In this document: one piece after another, positions 1 to 12,050 of the stretch
How the letters are laid out: every line of letters begins with the position of its first letter
How positions within the stretch are numbered: position 1 is the first letter of the stretch
Source of the DNA: Mobula hypostoma
Taxonomy: Eukaryota
DNA: 64,000 nucleotides
Assembly: GCF_963921235.1 (NCBI RefSeq)
Contig: NC_086097.1
Span: 80,354,001-80,418,000, forward strand
Reading direction: 5' to 3'
Made by a program: the position numbers and the translations under genes
The notes under the pieces: generated by a model
What the model was told of the DNA's origin: nothing
The model's input: the letters and a program-made list of their open reading frames with translations, nothing else
Database searches by the model: none

Positions 1-178
1 CATGGAATTTCCATCGCTGGGGGTTGTTTGAGACTGGTGAGCTGGTCTTTCCACAAGGCAATGCGGGCTTCAGATGAGGTTGATTGTAATGGAACATGAA
101 GCTCTTCCTTGACTTTAGGCAGCTGGGTGTAGGAGTATGACCATGTAGAGGGTACCTCTCATCAGATGTTTGACGGAA

Positions 179-2704
179 TCATTCTTTCTTGCTGGGTACC
201 ATTCTTATATCAGGGGGAGTGATACCCGCCAGGATATATAGGCTGTTGGTGTTTGTTGGTTTTAAACAACTTTTGATAAGTCGGCAGCTTGCATTCAGAA
301 TGGCATCCATCTTCTTAGCATGAGTAGATCTTTCCCATGCAGGATTGGTGTGTTCAGCAGTGGAATAGCAAAGAGCAAGTGCACTGGTTCGCAATGTTTT
401 CGAGCTTGCTCCCCATTTTGTGTTAGTGAGCTTATTCAGGATGTTGTTTCGTGTGCTCACTTTTGCCTTTGTCTTATTGATGTGGTTCTTGAAAGGGAGG
501 CATCTGTTAAGGGTGACTGCTAAGTAGATCGGGTGCTCACAATGTGTCAGTGGTGCTTCACACCAGGTTACTTTAAGCTGTCGTTTGGCTTCACAGTTCC
601 TGAGGTGGAATGCACAAACCTGTGTCTTTGATGGGTTTGTGCGGAGGTGGTTTTCTTCATAGTAGGATGTTAGTCCCTCCAAGGCCTCAGAAAGCGTTTC
701 CTCCAGGGTGTTAAAATCAGTGCTTTGGGCAGTGATGCATAAGTCATTAGCATATATAAAACGGCGTGTGACATCATCTATAAGTTGGCCATTGGTGTAG
801 ATGTTGTTCAGCAGTGGTGTAAGAACACGTCCCTGAGGAAAACCATTCTTCTGAATACGCCATCTGCTACGCTTTCCACCCAGTTCAACATAGAACCGGT
901 GATTCTGAAGCATGCTTTCTAACAGCTCTGTTAAGTGAGTATCTTTTGTCATCTCTAGGATCTTGCAGAGGAGACGTCTCTGGTTCACTGTATCGTAAGC
1001 TGCTGGCAAGTCTACAAAAACAGCACCTGTTACCATCCCTTGCTCAAAACCATCTTCGATATATTGTGTGAGGTTGAGCAGTTGACTTGTTGTTGATTTG
1101 CCGGGGCGGAAACCTGCTTGCTCTGGAATGATCTTCTCATCTACAGTTGGTGCTATCCTATTGAGTATCAGGCGTTCAAACAGCTTAATGTGGCAAAGCA
1201 GTGAGAGTGGCCGTAAATTCTTAGGATCTGAGGGATCTTTTCCAGGCTTTAATAGTGCTATTACATGTGACTTCTTCCAAATATTAGGTAGCTTGTGTGT
1301 TGCCAGACAGTGGTTGAACAATTGTAGGAGCCATTTCTTTGCTTGCTGTCCAAAATACTTTATCTGCTCCGCTGGAATGTTGTCAAGACCAATTGCTTTC
1401 ACGTGTTTTAGACTAGATATACCAATTTCCAGCTCTTCCATGGTGAGTGGTCCAGTGAAGCCAGGGTCATCGCTGTACTTCTTCCTATCTAGTTGTGCTC
1501 TTGGTTGTTTCTTGTTGGTTTTTCCATTTAGGAGCAACTGGTATGCAGCTTGGTCAGCAGACACATTGGGATGTTGGGCAGCTTTCTTGGAATCGCCTCC
1601 AAGTTTTCCCATGAGAGACCATGCCTTCTTGCTGTTTTTTGTAAGATATATTGTCTCTATCAAGGTGTTGCAGGTGTTTTGACGCTCTTGAGAGATGCTT
1701 AACATCACCCTCTCACCGGTAGACATTGTTTCCTCTGAGAAGGGGCCAGATTCAAACATTGAGACATACTCTCTGTGGAGTTCAGCATTCTCTTTGGTGA
1801 GACCAGAGATGTAGTGTGCTCTACAACCTCGGGGGAACTTCCTTTTGGCTGGTTTCTGGACAGTTTTTGCAAACAGGTTGTAGTGCTCAGGTAGTGATTT
1901 AATACGTTTAACCTTATGGGCAAGTGCTCTTGTAAACCCGTTCCAATCGACCTTCTTGTAGTTGAAGCGTCTTTTGAATGGTACGATGGTTGGTAACACG
2001 GCTGCATTTATCTGAATACCAATAGGACGGTGCTGTGTCTGTGGTATTGGGCCTGTGACAGGCTTCTTGCAGAGGACAGCAATGTCGTTGCTGACAATGG
2101 CAAGATCTGGGTTATAACTGCACTTCCGGCGGGCACTGTAGAAGGAGGCTGGCAATTTAGGATTGTGGACGAGACTCAGCTGGTTAGCATCCATCTATTC
2201 TTTGACTGCTTCTCCATCGTTGTTGGACTCCTTGTACCCCCATTGGGTACTGTGGCTATTAAAGTCTCTAATGATGATCTGTGGTTTACTGTGCAGGTTG
2301 GATACAGGGTTAGAGAAGCTGAGAACTGTGCCCGGTGGCTTGTACACTGAGGTCACTACTACCTTGCTCAGCTCTACAGTTAGAATTTCGATGTTTTCCT
2401 TCTCTGTTTTAGAAGAGGCTTCTACGACTGAACCAGCTCTAACAAATACAGCACTGCCATATTGTTGATGAGGTCTTTCAATATCCAGGAACGTTCCTGG
2501 TACTTTTGGGCGGTTGTTTTCGCTTCCTCTGTGTGTCTCCTGTAGGCACAGGACATCACACTGCAACTCGTTGCAAGATGTAGCGAGGATGTTTTGTTTA
2601 GCTGCAGAGAATCCTTCAGCATTAGCAGATATAACAGATAATGCCGGTCTTAAAAAAGGCACGTGTTTCTGACATCGATGACCTCTGTCTTCAGGCATGA
2701 TCAA
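179..2704 (-). pseudogene. Vingi-like APE endonuclease/reverse transcriptase ORF, disrupted
   Basis: ORFs 2195-2704 and 179-2194 are in frame and separated by one TAG (2195-2197, likely TGG). A TGA at 179-181 is followed by in-frame FRQTSDERYPLHGHTPTPSCLKSRKSF. RT motifs QAGFRPGKST and GFPQG are present, and YADD is mutated to YAND. Confidence 0.85.
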
Positions 2705-2752
2705 ATCAATGGTACAAAAATGTTGAATACACTACTTGCTACGCGTGGTGAT

Positions 2753-2804
2753 GGTAGAATTGGTTGAAACAGGGCCATGACATGAACGCTTCTACCTTGG
2801 CCCC
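2753..2804 (-). ncRNA. HDV-like (CPEB3-like) self-cleaving ribozyme motif at the retrotransposon 5' end, partly decayed
   Basis: Minus strand reads GGGGCC-AA-GGTAGAA-GCG-TTCATGT-CAT-GGCCCT-GT-TTCAA-CCAA-TTCTACC. P1 is GGGGCC/GGCCCT with a G1.U wobble, P2 is GGTAGAA/TTCTACC (7 bp), P3 is GCG/CAT (CGT before CpG decay), L3 is 7 nt, and J4/2 is CCAA. Confidence 0.75.
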
Positions 2805-2993
2805 AATGCATGGTAATTATGGGAAAGATTGAAGGGAAGAAAGCAAGAGGAAGACAAAGACAAATGATGATGGAGACAGCAGCCAGAGAACTGGAAATGT
2901 ATACCAATGAATTGACCCACTTGACCCGAAACAGGAGTGTGTGGGCCATGGCAGTCAAAGCTCAAACTGGGCACAGCATCTGATGATGATGAT
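2805..2993 (+). mobile_element. RTE-clade LINE 3' fragment with (TGA)n tail
   Basis: Translates as MVIMGKIEGKKARGRQRQMMMETAARELEM...RNRSVWAMAV and ends in TGATGATGATGAT. Confidence 0.7.
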
Positions 2994-4489
2994 CAGAGAA
3001 AGAGGTACCCAGCCAAGGTGGAGATGAAAGGGGAGTTTCTTCTCTAAGGGTTGTGTTTGTTTGGAATGTTCTACCTTAGAGAGCTGGGGAGGCTGAGTCA
3101 TTAGCATACTCAAGGATGAGAAAGGCAATTTTTGAACCATGAGTGAGTCACTGGTTATGTGGAGCAGACGAGAAGGGTCAAATTCAGAACAGTTGTTGAA
3201 TGATGAACAGATTGGAGAGGCTTTTTGGCAAACTTCTGTTCCTACACCTTGAGCTCTCCAAAAGTTATTTTGAGATGACACATGACACTTAACAAGCTTA
3301 TTGTAGCACTATCTACAAATGTGATAGGTGCCACATGACAATGAAAATGATGCAACTAATGATTTAAATATACTATAGATGTATTGTTCTACTGCTGAGC
3401 TATTTGTAGTGTCAGCTTGTCTGAGAATATTCATTTGTTTTCCAATTATCTTTTAACAGTTTGTGAATTGGCACAATTAGAGCAACCTACTCAGGAGAAC
3501 TGAGAGTAAACACAGCTGGTGTGGAAATTATCGACAGTGCGTCTTGAAAGTGCAAGCTGTCTGAATATAGAATACATATAGTTACAATTTTAGAATACAT
3601 ATATTGTCCTCTGAAGTATCAAATGAGAGAATGCTTGGTTACAAATCCTCTCTTTGTCCATCTACCTACATACCCAGTACAAGTTATCTAAAAACTAGAT
3701 TGAAGTTTCAGATACCATCAGACCTTTCACTGTAACTTTAATTCGGTTGCCTTTAAAGGAACAATGTCTGATTTGACAGTAATAGGTCTTCACACAAAGT
3801 GATGGAACTCCTTTCAGAGAAGGACTCAGCAACAGCTGCTTTGCAATTCAATCAGTCTAACATGAAAAGAGGATCAGATCTTTCATTGCAGACCGTGCTA
3901 TTTCAATTTGGGAGGAATAAGGTCAAAATTAAATCCAGTTTCAAGAAGTATACTGCAAAGTATTTTTGTTGAAATGCAAGACTGTTATCATAATATTTTC
4001 CTTTCTGTGTTTTGCCCAAACAACCATGCATGGCATTGGCCTGGAATATGTTGATAATGAGCTGATAGTTTTCTAGATGACTGCAGGTCAATGCACCTAG
4101 GGCAGATGCATGAGATGCATTGGAGATCAAATGCCAAAGTCTCTGATCTCCTCTTTGTCCCTAGACTCACCACTGTACAACATAGGAAAGGAGGTCTTTC
4201 AAGTATATTGTATTTCTCATTAAGATAATGGTTAATCTATCTTAGCTTCATTTTCTTTCACTGTTCCCATATTCCTTGATTCCTTTAGTCACCAGAGATC
4301 TATCAAGAATGTCTTGGATGAGTTCAATGAATATATTCTTGTTTGAAAAAGCAAATGAGAATCTGTACACAATAGTCCAGTTAAAGTCTCACCAAAATTC
4401 TCTGAAATTGCAATCAGAATATTCTTTGCACAGATAGATGCAATCACAAGGAAGGCAGGCCAGCTACTTTACTACTTTAGATAAGGTAA

Positions 4490-4648
4490 GAGAGGGAATA
4501 GGAATGGGGAATGGTGAAGGGGGGAGGCAATTACTGCAAGTTCGAGAAATTGATGTTCATGCCATCAGGTTGGAGGCTATCCAGACGGAATACAATGTGT
4601 TGTTTCTCCAACCTGAGTGTGGCCTCATCGTAGTGGTAGAGGAGGCCA
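4490..4648 (-). mobile_element. Penelope-like element fragment (GIY-YIG C-terminus)
   Basis: Closely similar to 13270-13390 (ATGTTCATGCCATCAGGTTGGAGGCTA...CCAACCTGAGTGTGGC). Confidence 0.7.
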
Positions 4649-4649
4649 G

Positions 4650-5945
4650 TTACAGACCTCAAGCTCGAATAAGCCCCTTCAACCACTACCCTCTGTCTTC
4701 AATGCGCAAGCCAGTTCTGAATCCAAACAGCCAATTGGCCGTGGATCCAATGTATTTTAATCTTCTGGATTAGCCTCCCATGAGGAACTTTGTTAAACGC
4801 CTTACTATGGCATTTAACATCCACTGCCCTACCCTCATCAGTCTCTTTTGTTACCCTGTCAAAAAACTCAATCAATTTGATAAGATGTGACCTGCGCCAC
4901 ATGGGCTCTCCCTAATTAGACCATGGGTTTCTAAATGATCATGCATTCTATCTCTAAGAATTTTATCCAGCAATTTCCCTGCAACTGATGTGAGACCCAC
5001 TAGTCTGTAGTTCCCTGGATTTTTTCTTGTTCCCCTCGAAACTGGAGGTACAATATTAGCCACTTGCCAGTCTTCCAGGACCTTGCCTGTGGCTAGAGAG
5101 ATACTGGTCAAGGCCCCAGCAATCTCGTTCCGTCTTCTTCAATAACCTGGGGTCAATCCCATCAGGCTCTGGGGACCTATCCTCCTTAATACTCATTAGG
5201 AGGCCCAACACTTCCTCCTCCCTGACCTCTAATGCCCTAATACACTCAGCAGTGATTTCCTGGTCCTCCATATCCTTTTCCTTGCTAAATACTGAAGTAC
5301 TTATTAAATACCTCACTCACATCCTCTGCATCCAAGCAAATGTTCCCCCCTTTATCCATGAGTGTTCCCCCTCTATACTTAACTTCCAAAGCTTTACATA
5401 CTTTTCCTTTTTCTACTTCATTAAATTAATCACCTTGCTGGACATCCAAGGTTCTCTTATCTTTCCATCCCCATCCTTCCTTCTCACAGGAACATACCTT
5501 TCCTGTACTCTGTGCAATTGATCTTTAAACACCCTCCACATGTCTGATGTGGATTTGCCAGATAAAAGATACTCCCAATGAACTCTTCATAGTTCCTGCC
5601 TAATCCCCTCATAATCTGGCCTACTCCAATTTAAAACTCTCCTACAAAGACCATACCTATCCTTATCTATAACTATCCTGAAAGTTAAGGAGTTGTGGTC
5701 ACTGTTCCCTAACTGCTCACCCACTGAAAGGTCAGTCACCTGGCTACGCTCATTACCCAACACCAGGTCCAGTATGGCCCCTCCTCTCGTTGGACCATCT
5801 GCGTATTGATTAAAGAAACCTTCCTGGAAACACTTAACAAATTCAGCTCCATCTAAACCCCTTGCACTAAGAAGGTCCCAGTTTATATTAGGGAAGTTGA
5901 AATCCCCCATGACAACAACCCTATTATTTTTATATATTTCCTTAA
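4650..5945 (-). mobile_element. CR1 LINE internal fragment (endonuclease to RT N-terminus), degenerate
   Basis: Peptides VVVMGDFNFPNINW, PTRGGAILDLVL, LGNSDHN, PGNYRLVGLTSV and KAFNKVPHGRL lie in broken frames. Confidence 0.85.
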
Positions 5946-6245
5946 CCTCCCACGACACACCGAATTACTCAGAGGCACCGACATTCAGCCCGCCCATCTC
6001 CAGAGCCACAAGATCCCGGGACTCTGAAGGCAACCTAATCTGTAAGGCCACATCCTTGGCATATTGAATAACAGCCCGTTGTGAAACCCCGAGAGCAGGT
6101 CCCATTCCCACAAAGAACTGTAGTCAGTGTGTAACTCCCGGTCAGGGTCTTCAAAGGAACCCCAAAGGGAAAAAAAATCAAGATATTAAAGATAGAAATA
6201 GAGCTGTTTCCAAAGATGTAAGCAAAGGAGTTGCTGTTAGGCCAG
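5946..6245 (-). repeat. Unclassified interspersed repeat, 5' part; same family as 23755-24551
   Basis: Its reverse complement aligns by eye with 23757-24050 (CTCCTTTGCTT.CATCTTTG.AAACAGCTCTATTTCTATCTTTAATAT...GGAGTTACACACT). Confidence 0.7.
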
Positions 6246-6324
6246 ATTTTGTGTCTCTCCTAAGTTCCTCCTCTATCTAGGCCTTTTAACGTTTGATAAG
6301 TTTCAATGAACTCCCCCCTCCAAT

Positions 6325-9300
6325 GAGAAAGTAAGGATGAAATATTGAGGCTTTATAAGGCATCAATCAGATCACATTTGGAGTATTGTGAGCAGTTTTG
6401 GGCCCCTTATCTAAGAAAGGAGGAGTTAGGATTGGAGATAGTCCAGAGAAGGTCCACGAAAATGATCCCAGGAATGTAAGAGTTAATACATGAGGAGCAT
6501 TTGATGGCTCTGGGCTTGTACTCACTGGAGTTTAGAAGAATGAGGGAGGATCTGACTGAAACATATTGAATATTGAAAGGTGTGGATAGGGTAGATGTGG
6601 AGAGGATGTAGTGGGGGAATCTAGCACTAGAGGGTAGGGCCTCAAAATTGAGGGATGTTCGAAGTTAAGTTTATTATCACCACATACAACACTGAGATTC
6701 TTTTTCTGTGGGCAAACCTATAGAACAGCAACTGTAAGCTGTAAACAAATTGTGCAAATGCTGGTATAAATAGGAATAGATAATAAGCATGAAATAATAC
6801 CATAACAGAGTCCTTAAATGAGTGTAGCTATCCCCTTTTGTACAAGAACCTGATCGTTGAGGGGTAGTAACTGTTCTTGAACCTGGCGGTGCAAGTTCTG
6901 AGGGACTTGTACCTTCTACCTGATGTCAGCAGTGAGAAATGAACGTGGCCTGGGTGGTGAAGATCTTTGATGATGGATGCTATTTTTCTACAGCAATGTT
7001 TCATGTAGATCTGCTGGATGGTAGGGAGGGTTTTACCCATGATGTCCTGGACTGAATCTACTCCAAGGCATTGGTGTTTCCATACCAGGCCATAATGCAG
7101 CTAATCAACACATTTTCCACCACACATCTATAGATATTTGCCAAGGTTTTTGATGACATGCTGAACCTCCGTGGACTCCTGAGGTGATATTGTGCTTTCT
7201 TCGCAATAGTATTTATAGGATGGGTCCAGGACAGGTCCTCTGAGATAGTGACACCAAAGAATTTAAAGTTACTGACCCTCTCCACTTCTGATGATTACTA
7301 GCTCATGGACCTCCAGCTTCCCTCTCCTGAATCTACAATCAGATCCTTGATCTTATTGAAATTGAGTGAGAGGTTGTTGTTATCACACCACTCAGCCAAG
7401 TTTTCAATCTCCCTCCTGTATGCTGATTCATCACCACCTTTGATACAGCCCACAGCAGTGGTATCGTCAGCAAACTTGTATATGGTGTTGGAGCTATGCT
7501 TAGCCACACAGTTACAGGTGTAAAATGAGTAGAGCAGGGGGATAAGTACACATCCCTGTGATGCTCCTGTGCTGATGGAGATCGTGGAGGAGATGTTTTT
7601 GCCAATCCGAACTGACTGGATTTCCTCTCTCTACAAGTGAGGAAATCCAGGATCCAATTGCACAAGGGGGTATTGAGGCCCAGGTCTTGAAGTTTACTGG
7701 TTAGTTTAGAGGGTGTTAAATGCCAAGCTGTAATTGACAAAGAGCATTCTGATGTATGCATCTTTGCTGTCCAGATGTTCCAGGGTTGTGTGAAGAGCCA
7801 ATGTGAATTGGAGTGGATCTAAATCACCATTCAGAGAGGAGATGATATGCTTCAACACCAGCCTCTCAAAACACTTCATTACAGTGGCTGTAAGTGCCAC
7901 TAGGTGATAGTCATTTAGACAGGATACCACGATCTTCTTGGGCAACAGTACGATTGAACCCTACTGGAGGCAGGTGGGGTGCTACACACTGCCAGAACGA
8001 GTGGTTGAAGATATCCGTGAATACACCGACCAGTTGGTTGGCACAAGTCTTCAGTACTTGGCCAGGTACTCTGTCTGAACCAGATGCTTTCATTTGATTC
8101 ACTCTCTTGAAGGCAGCCCACACATCATCCTCAGATGCTGAGACCAAATGATCATCAGGAGACATGGGGGTGCACGATGGGTCCCCCCTGTTCTGGTGGT
8201 CAAAGCGAGCATAGAAGGCATTGAGCTCATTTGCAAGTGAGTCTCTGCTGTCCCCTATTTCACAAGATTTAGCTTCATAGGAGGGTATAGCATTCAAATC
8301 CTGCCACAGCTGTTGAGCATCCCTTGTTGATTTCAGTCTAGTCCGGAAGTTCCACTCTGCCCCAGAGGTGGCGTTCCGGAGATCATTTCTGCACCTCTTG
8401 TAGCATTCTTGATCTCCAGACTTGAATGCCTCTGATCCAGCTCCCAGCAGGTTCCGGATTTCATTGTCCATCCAGGGCTTCTGATTGGGTTGAACCTGAA
8501 TGATTTCGTGGACACACTCATCTCCAGCTGTTTTAATAAAATCTGTAACAACCCCGGTGAAGTCATTCGGGTCCTCAGATGTGTTCTTGAACTCGGCTCA
8601 GTCCACTGACTCCAGGCAATCCTGTAAATGTTCCTCAGCCTCCCATGACCATCTCTTAATTATCTTAATCTCTGGAGCCTTGGTCTGTCTGAATACAGGT
8701 GGCAGGAGTAGAGCCAAGTGATCTGACTTGCCAAAATGCAGTCTTGGGAAGGGACGATAGTCATTCCTTATCGTAGTGTAGCAGTGGTCTAGTGTCTTGG
8801 GGCCTCTGGTGGAACAGGTTATGTGCTGGTGATGATTGGGCAGGGTTTTTTTTCAAACAGGCCTGGTTAAGGTCACCGACTATGATTTGAAATGTGTCGT
8901 TGTGGGTCGTTTCTATTTTACAGACAGCATTGTGCAGTTTTGTGAGTGCTTGCTCATAACGGACCGCTGGTGGTCTATAACTGTGGTTAGGATCACGGAT
9001 GTGAACTCCTGAGGCAAATAGAATGGTCTACATTTGATCATTAGTTGTTCTAAGTCAGGGGAACAAGAAGTCAACGTAACCCCAACATCCGTTCACCAAT
9101 GAGGATTGACTGGAAAGCAAACTCTGCCACCTCTTTCCTTACCTGAATTCGAGACTCAAGCCATTCTGGAAATCATAAAAACTTCTGGTCGGATAGCTGC
9201 ATCCGGCGTGTTTGCTGTTAACCAACTCTCAATGCAACAAACAATTGAGATCTGCCTCAGATACAGTAGCCTTGCCCTGAGATCATCAGTCTTATTTTGC

Positions 9301-9768
9301 AGTGTCTGTACATCCGCTAACAAGATGGCAGGCAGAGGAAGCCTCATCTCCCTGCACTTCAGCCTGGTTTGAATCCTGCCCCTCGTGCCGCGTTTTCAGC
9401 CTTGGCCTTGGCGTTGACCCATAAAGGTGCTGCACTTAACTGCTCTGCATTTAACCATCAAACGTGAGATCAGAATATCATTAATGTAATTTCGTAGTCT
9501 GTTAAGAGGAAATTTACATGATTCAGATTGCAGCGTAAGTAGTTCAAAAGGAATATATTTAAGAGGAAAACTGGTACAAATTCCTGCAGCCTGCAGAGTC
9601 ACCGATGTACACCCACATCATCTTTAAAGGTCTGTCCATTTAGAACAGAGACGAGGAAAAAATTCTTTAGCCAGAAGGTGGTAAATCTGTGCAATTCTTT
9701 GCAACAAATGACTATGTAGGCTAGGTCATTCGGTACATTTAAGGAGGAAGTTGATGGATTTTTGATTA
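6325..9768 (+). mobile_element. Old CR1 3' fragment (6325-6660 plus 9633-9768) split by a Rex1/Babar insertion
   Basis: CR1 RT-tail sequence stops at AAATTGAGGGATGTTC (6660) and resumes at TGTCCATTTAGAACAGAG (9633). Confidence 0.75.
6661..9632 (-). mobile_element. Rex1/Babar non-LTR retrotransposon, near full length, frameshifted
   Basis: Ordered peptides RLPLPAILLADVQTLQNKTDDLRARL (EN), [53 protein letters not shown] and SGRRYKSLRTCTARFKNSYYPSTIR. Confidence 0.85.
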
Positions 9769-9789
9769 AGATTCTTAAAGTTACATTTC

Positions 9790-10497
9790 ACTATAGTGGC
9801 ATCAGAAAGTAATCACAGAGGCCTCTCAATCAACACCAAGAAGACAGAAAGCATGGTCATTTCCAGAAAGACAAACATCCCACAACGTGGGATCAAGATC
9901 GGAAATACAAACATCAAACAAGTCAACAAACTCAGATATCTTGGCAGCCTAATAACAAGTGATGGCAGGTGCGACACAGATATCAAATACAGAATAGCAA
10001 TGCTGAAAGAAGCTTTCCAAAAAATGAAGACCATATTAACAGACAGAAAGATGAGCATGTACACGAAAAACAGAATACTGCAGTGCTACAATTATTCCAT
10101 CCTGACTTATGGAAGTGAATGCTGGACCATTTCTCCAGCAATGGAAAAGAGACTAGAAGCAGCTGAATTATGGTTCTACAGGACCACACACACATCAAAT
10201 GAAGAAGTTCTCAGAAGAGCCCAAGCAGTGAGATCACTCATACCAACAATAAGAGAAAGACAACTCAGATTCCTAGGACACATCATGCGGAAAGATGAAC
10301 TAGAAAAACTCATACTCTATGGAAAGATTGAGGGGAGTAAACCAAGAGGAAGACCTCGGCTTATGTACATCAAAAGCATAGCCAGGTGGCTACACATCAA
10401 GGAAATGGAAGTCATCCAAAGAACAAGGGGTAGATCTGTACGGAAAACCATGGTCACCAACGTCCACATCGGATATGGTACCTAGACAGAGAGACAG
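9790..10497 (+). mobile_element. RTE-clade LINE, 5'-truncated, RT C-terminal region
   Basis: ORF 9796-10485 contains GLSINTKKTESMV, LRYLGSLIT, YGSECWT, QLRFLGHIMR and GKIEGSKPRGRPR. AGAC-type tail; candidate TSD ACATTTC at 9783-9789 and 10498-10504. Confidence 0.85.
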
Positions 10498-10659
10498 ACA
10501 TTTCTTCCCCATTCTGATGCTTGGTCTTGACAACAGCTGAACCTCTTGACCATGTCAGCATGCTTTTATGTATTGAGTTGCTGTCACATGATTGGCTGAT
10601 TAGATATTTGCATTAATAAGTGGGTGTACAGGTGTACCTAATCAGGTGGCCACTGAGTG
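10498..10659. mobile_element. Right half of a Tc1-type MITE, same family as 36959-37491
   Basis: Aligns with 37330-37491 and ends in the TIR TGTACCTAATCAGGTGGCCACTGAGTG. Confidence 0.75.
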
Positions 10660-10790
10660 TTCATCAGCTAAGTAAAACAAGCTTGAGAGTTCAGTTCTAT
10701 TTGTCTGTATGTATTCAGATCCTGCCTGGCCTGGTGTGTGTTCCCAGCAATTATATCTGATTCACATTTCCAGCAATTGTGTTTTATTCA

Positions 10791-10965
10791 TAGTCACAGA
10801 TGGCTGTGGAGGCCAAGATATTGTTTATTTTTAAAGTTGAGGTGGATAGTTCCTGATTAATATAGGCATCAAAGGTTATGGTGAGAAGGCAGCAGAATAA
10901 ATAAGCCATGAATGAATGGCAGAGAACACTCAAAGGGCTGAATGGTGTCTATGTCTTATGGTCTA
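10791..10965 (+). mobile_element. CR1 3' end fragment
   Basis: CACAGATGGCTGTGGAGGCCAAG...AAAGGTTATGGTGAGAAGGCAG...GGGCTGAATGG...TCTTATGGTCT matches the CR1 3' UTRs elsewhere in the window. Confidence 0.65.
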
Positions 10966-11184
10966 ATTTATTTTCAATTTATCAGAATATTTCCATGTAC
11001 AATAAGTTCCCACAATAAAGAATAGTAATGTTAATGATGTCTAAAGAATAAAAATCGATAAGGACCATCAGGGTGACTGCTGGCTCTTCTTCAAAATAAT
11101 CCCACGAATAGTTTTTGTATGGATTTGAGACGATGGGCTTGAGCTGCATTTCACATCTCATACAAAAAATTCCATGCTGACAGT

Positions 11185-12038
11185 TGTTACGTACCCCGTA
11201 ACTGGGTTGCCAAACCAGCAGAAATGGATCACTCAGTTGGAGTCTGGAGTACCAGAACTAAGAAAGTTTTATTAAAGAAACAAGCAACACAGTAATCAAA
11301 AGGATAATAAATGCAACAGTTCAACAATGATAAACACACATGTGCACAGAATTAAGATAACAGCATCAATCAAGCTCTATCATTGTCTAGGGGTAAATGA
11401 CCAAATTTCAAAATGACTCAAAGTTCAGTCCAGTTCAGTTCACAGTAATCGTTGCCATGGTGATGGACAACGTGGGGGAAGAGAGAGATAGAAGAGGAAC
11501 AACTGATCATTCAGAACACAGCTTCACTCACAGACCGGCGAGATTGCTCACAAGCAACTTTTGGGCGGGTCCTTGGTGATGTCACCTGAGGTCACCGACT
11601 GTGACCCCTCCTCCAGATGCGGTCGATCCTCTGCAGTGAACCCGGCACCCAGGCAAGGGCGGACACACACCGGGTTCCCGCTGATCGTACCTTTCCACCC
11701 TGGTCGTTGTCTGGTACTTCTCACCCACTCGTGAGAGGCGCACCGCTTCCAGGGTCTCGTTACCTCGGGTGGCGTGTGTCCCGCCCTAGCAAACCGGTCC
11801 CCTCTCATCCCCCCGCTGGGGCACCGCCTGTCCACCACTTCAAACAGTTCACAGTTCAAAGGGGGGAGCCGCTCCAGACAGCTCTCTCTCCCACGTCCCT
11901 GCATTACACATCTCCAGACGCTGCTCCATTGTTCCTTATCTTTCCTTCCCCTGAGGGCAGGTGGCAGACCAACTGCTGATGTCACTGATGCTAACCCAGG
12001 CCAGCAAACATCTTAATTTTATGTGTATTCTCGTAACA
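11185..12038 (-). repeat. 3' LTR of the Gmr1-like element
   Basis: Direct repeat of 16069-16922 with about 22 substitutions counted by eye; terminal inverted TGTTACG/CGTAACA. Confidence 0.95.
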
Positions 12039-12050
12039 CTTCCCCCCTTT
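12039..12050 (-). other. Polypurine tract
   Basis: AAAGGGGGGAAG on the minus strand directly abuts the 3' LTR. Confidence 0.85.

Larger units (their letters stand above)
1..2804 (-). mobile_element. Vingi/Ingi-related non-LTR retrotransposon, 5' end intact, 3' end runs off the window
   Basis: APE endonuclease followed by RT in one frame. Motifs PALSVISANAEG, CLQETHRG, DFNSHSTQWGY, TQHRPIGIQI, KWGASSKTLRTSALALCYSTAE and LKSRKSF are typical of Vingi-like proteins. The 5' end is marked by a ribozyme-like fold ending at 2804. Confidence 0.8.

Noticed and set aside
11397..12016. Duplicated 60-145-aa ORFs (also 16281-16900) as a gene pair
   Set aside because: They lie wholly inside the two LTRs, so the duplication is explained by the LTRs; no protein motifs.
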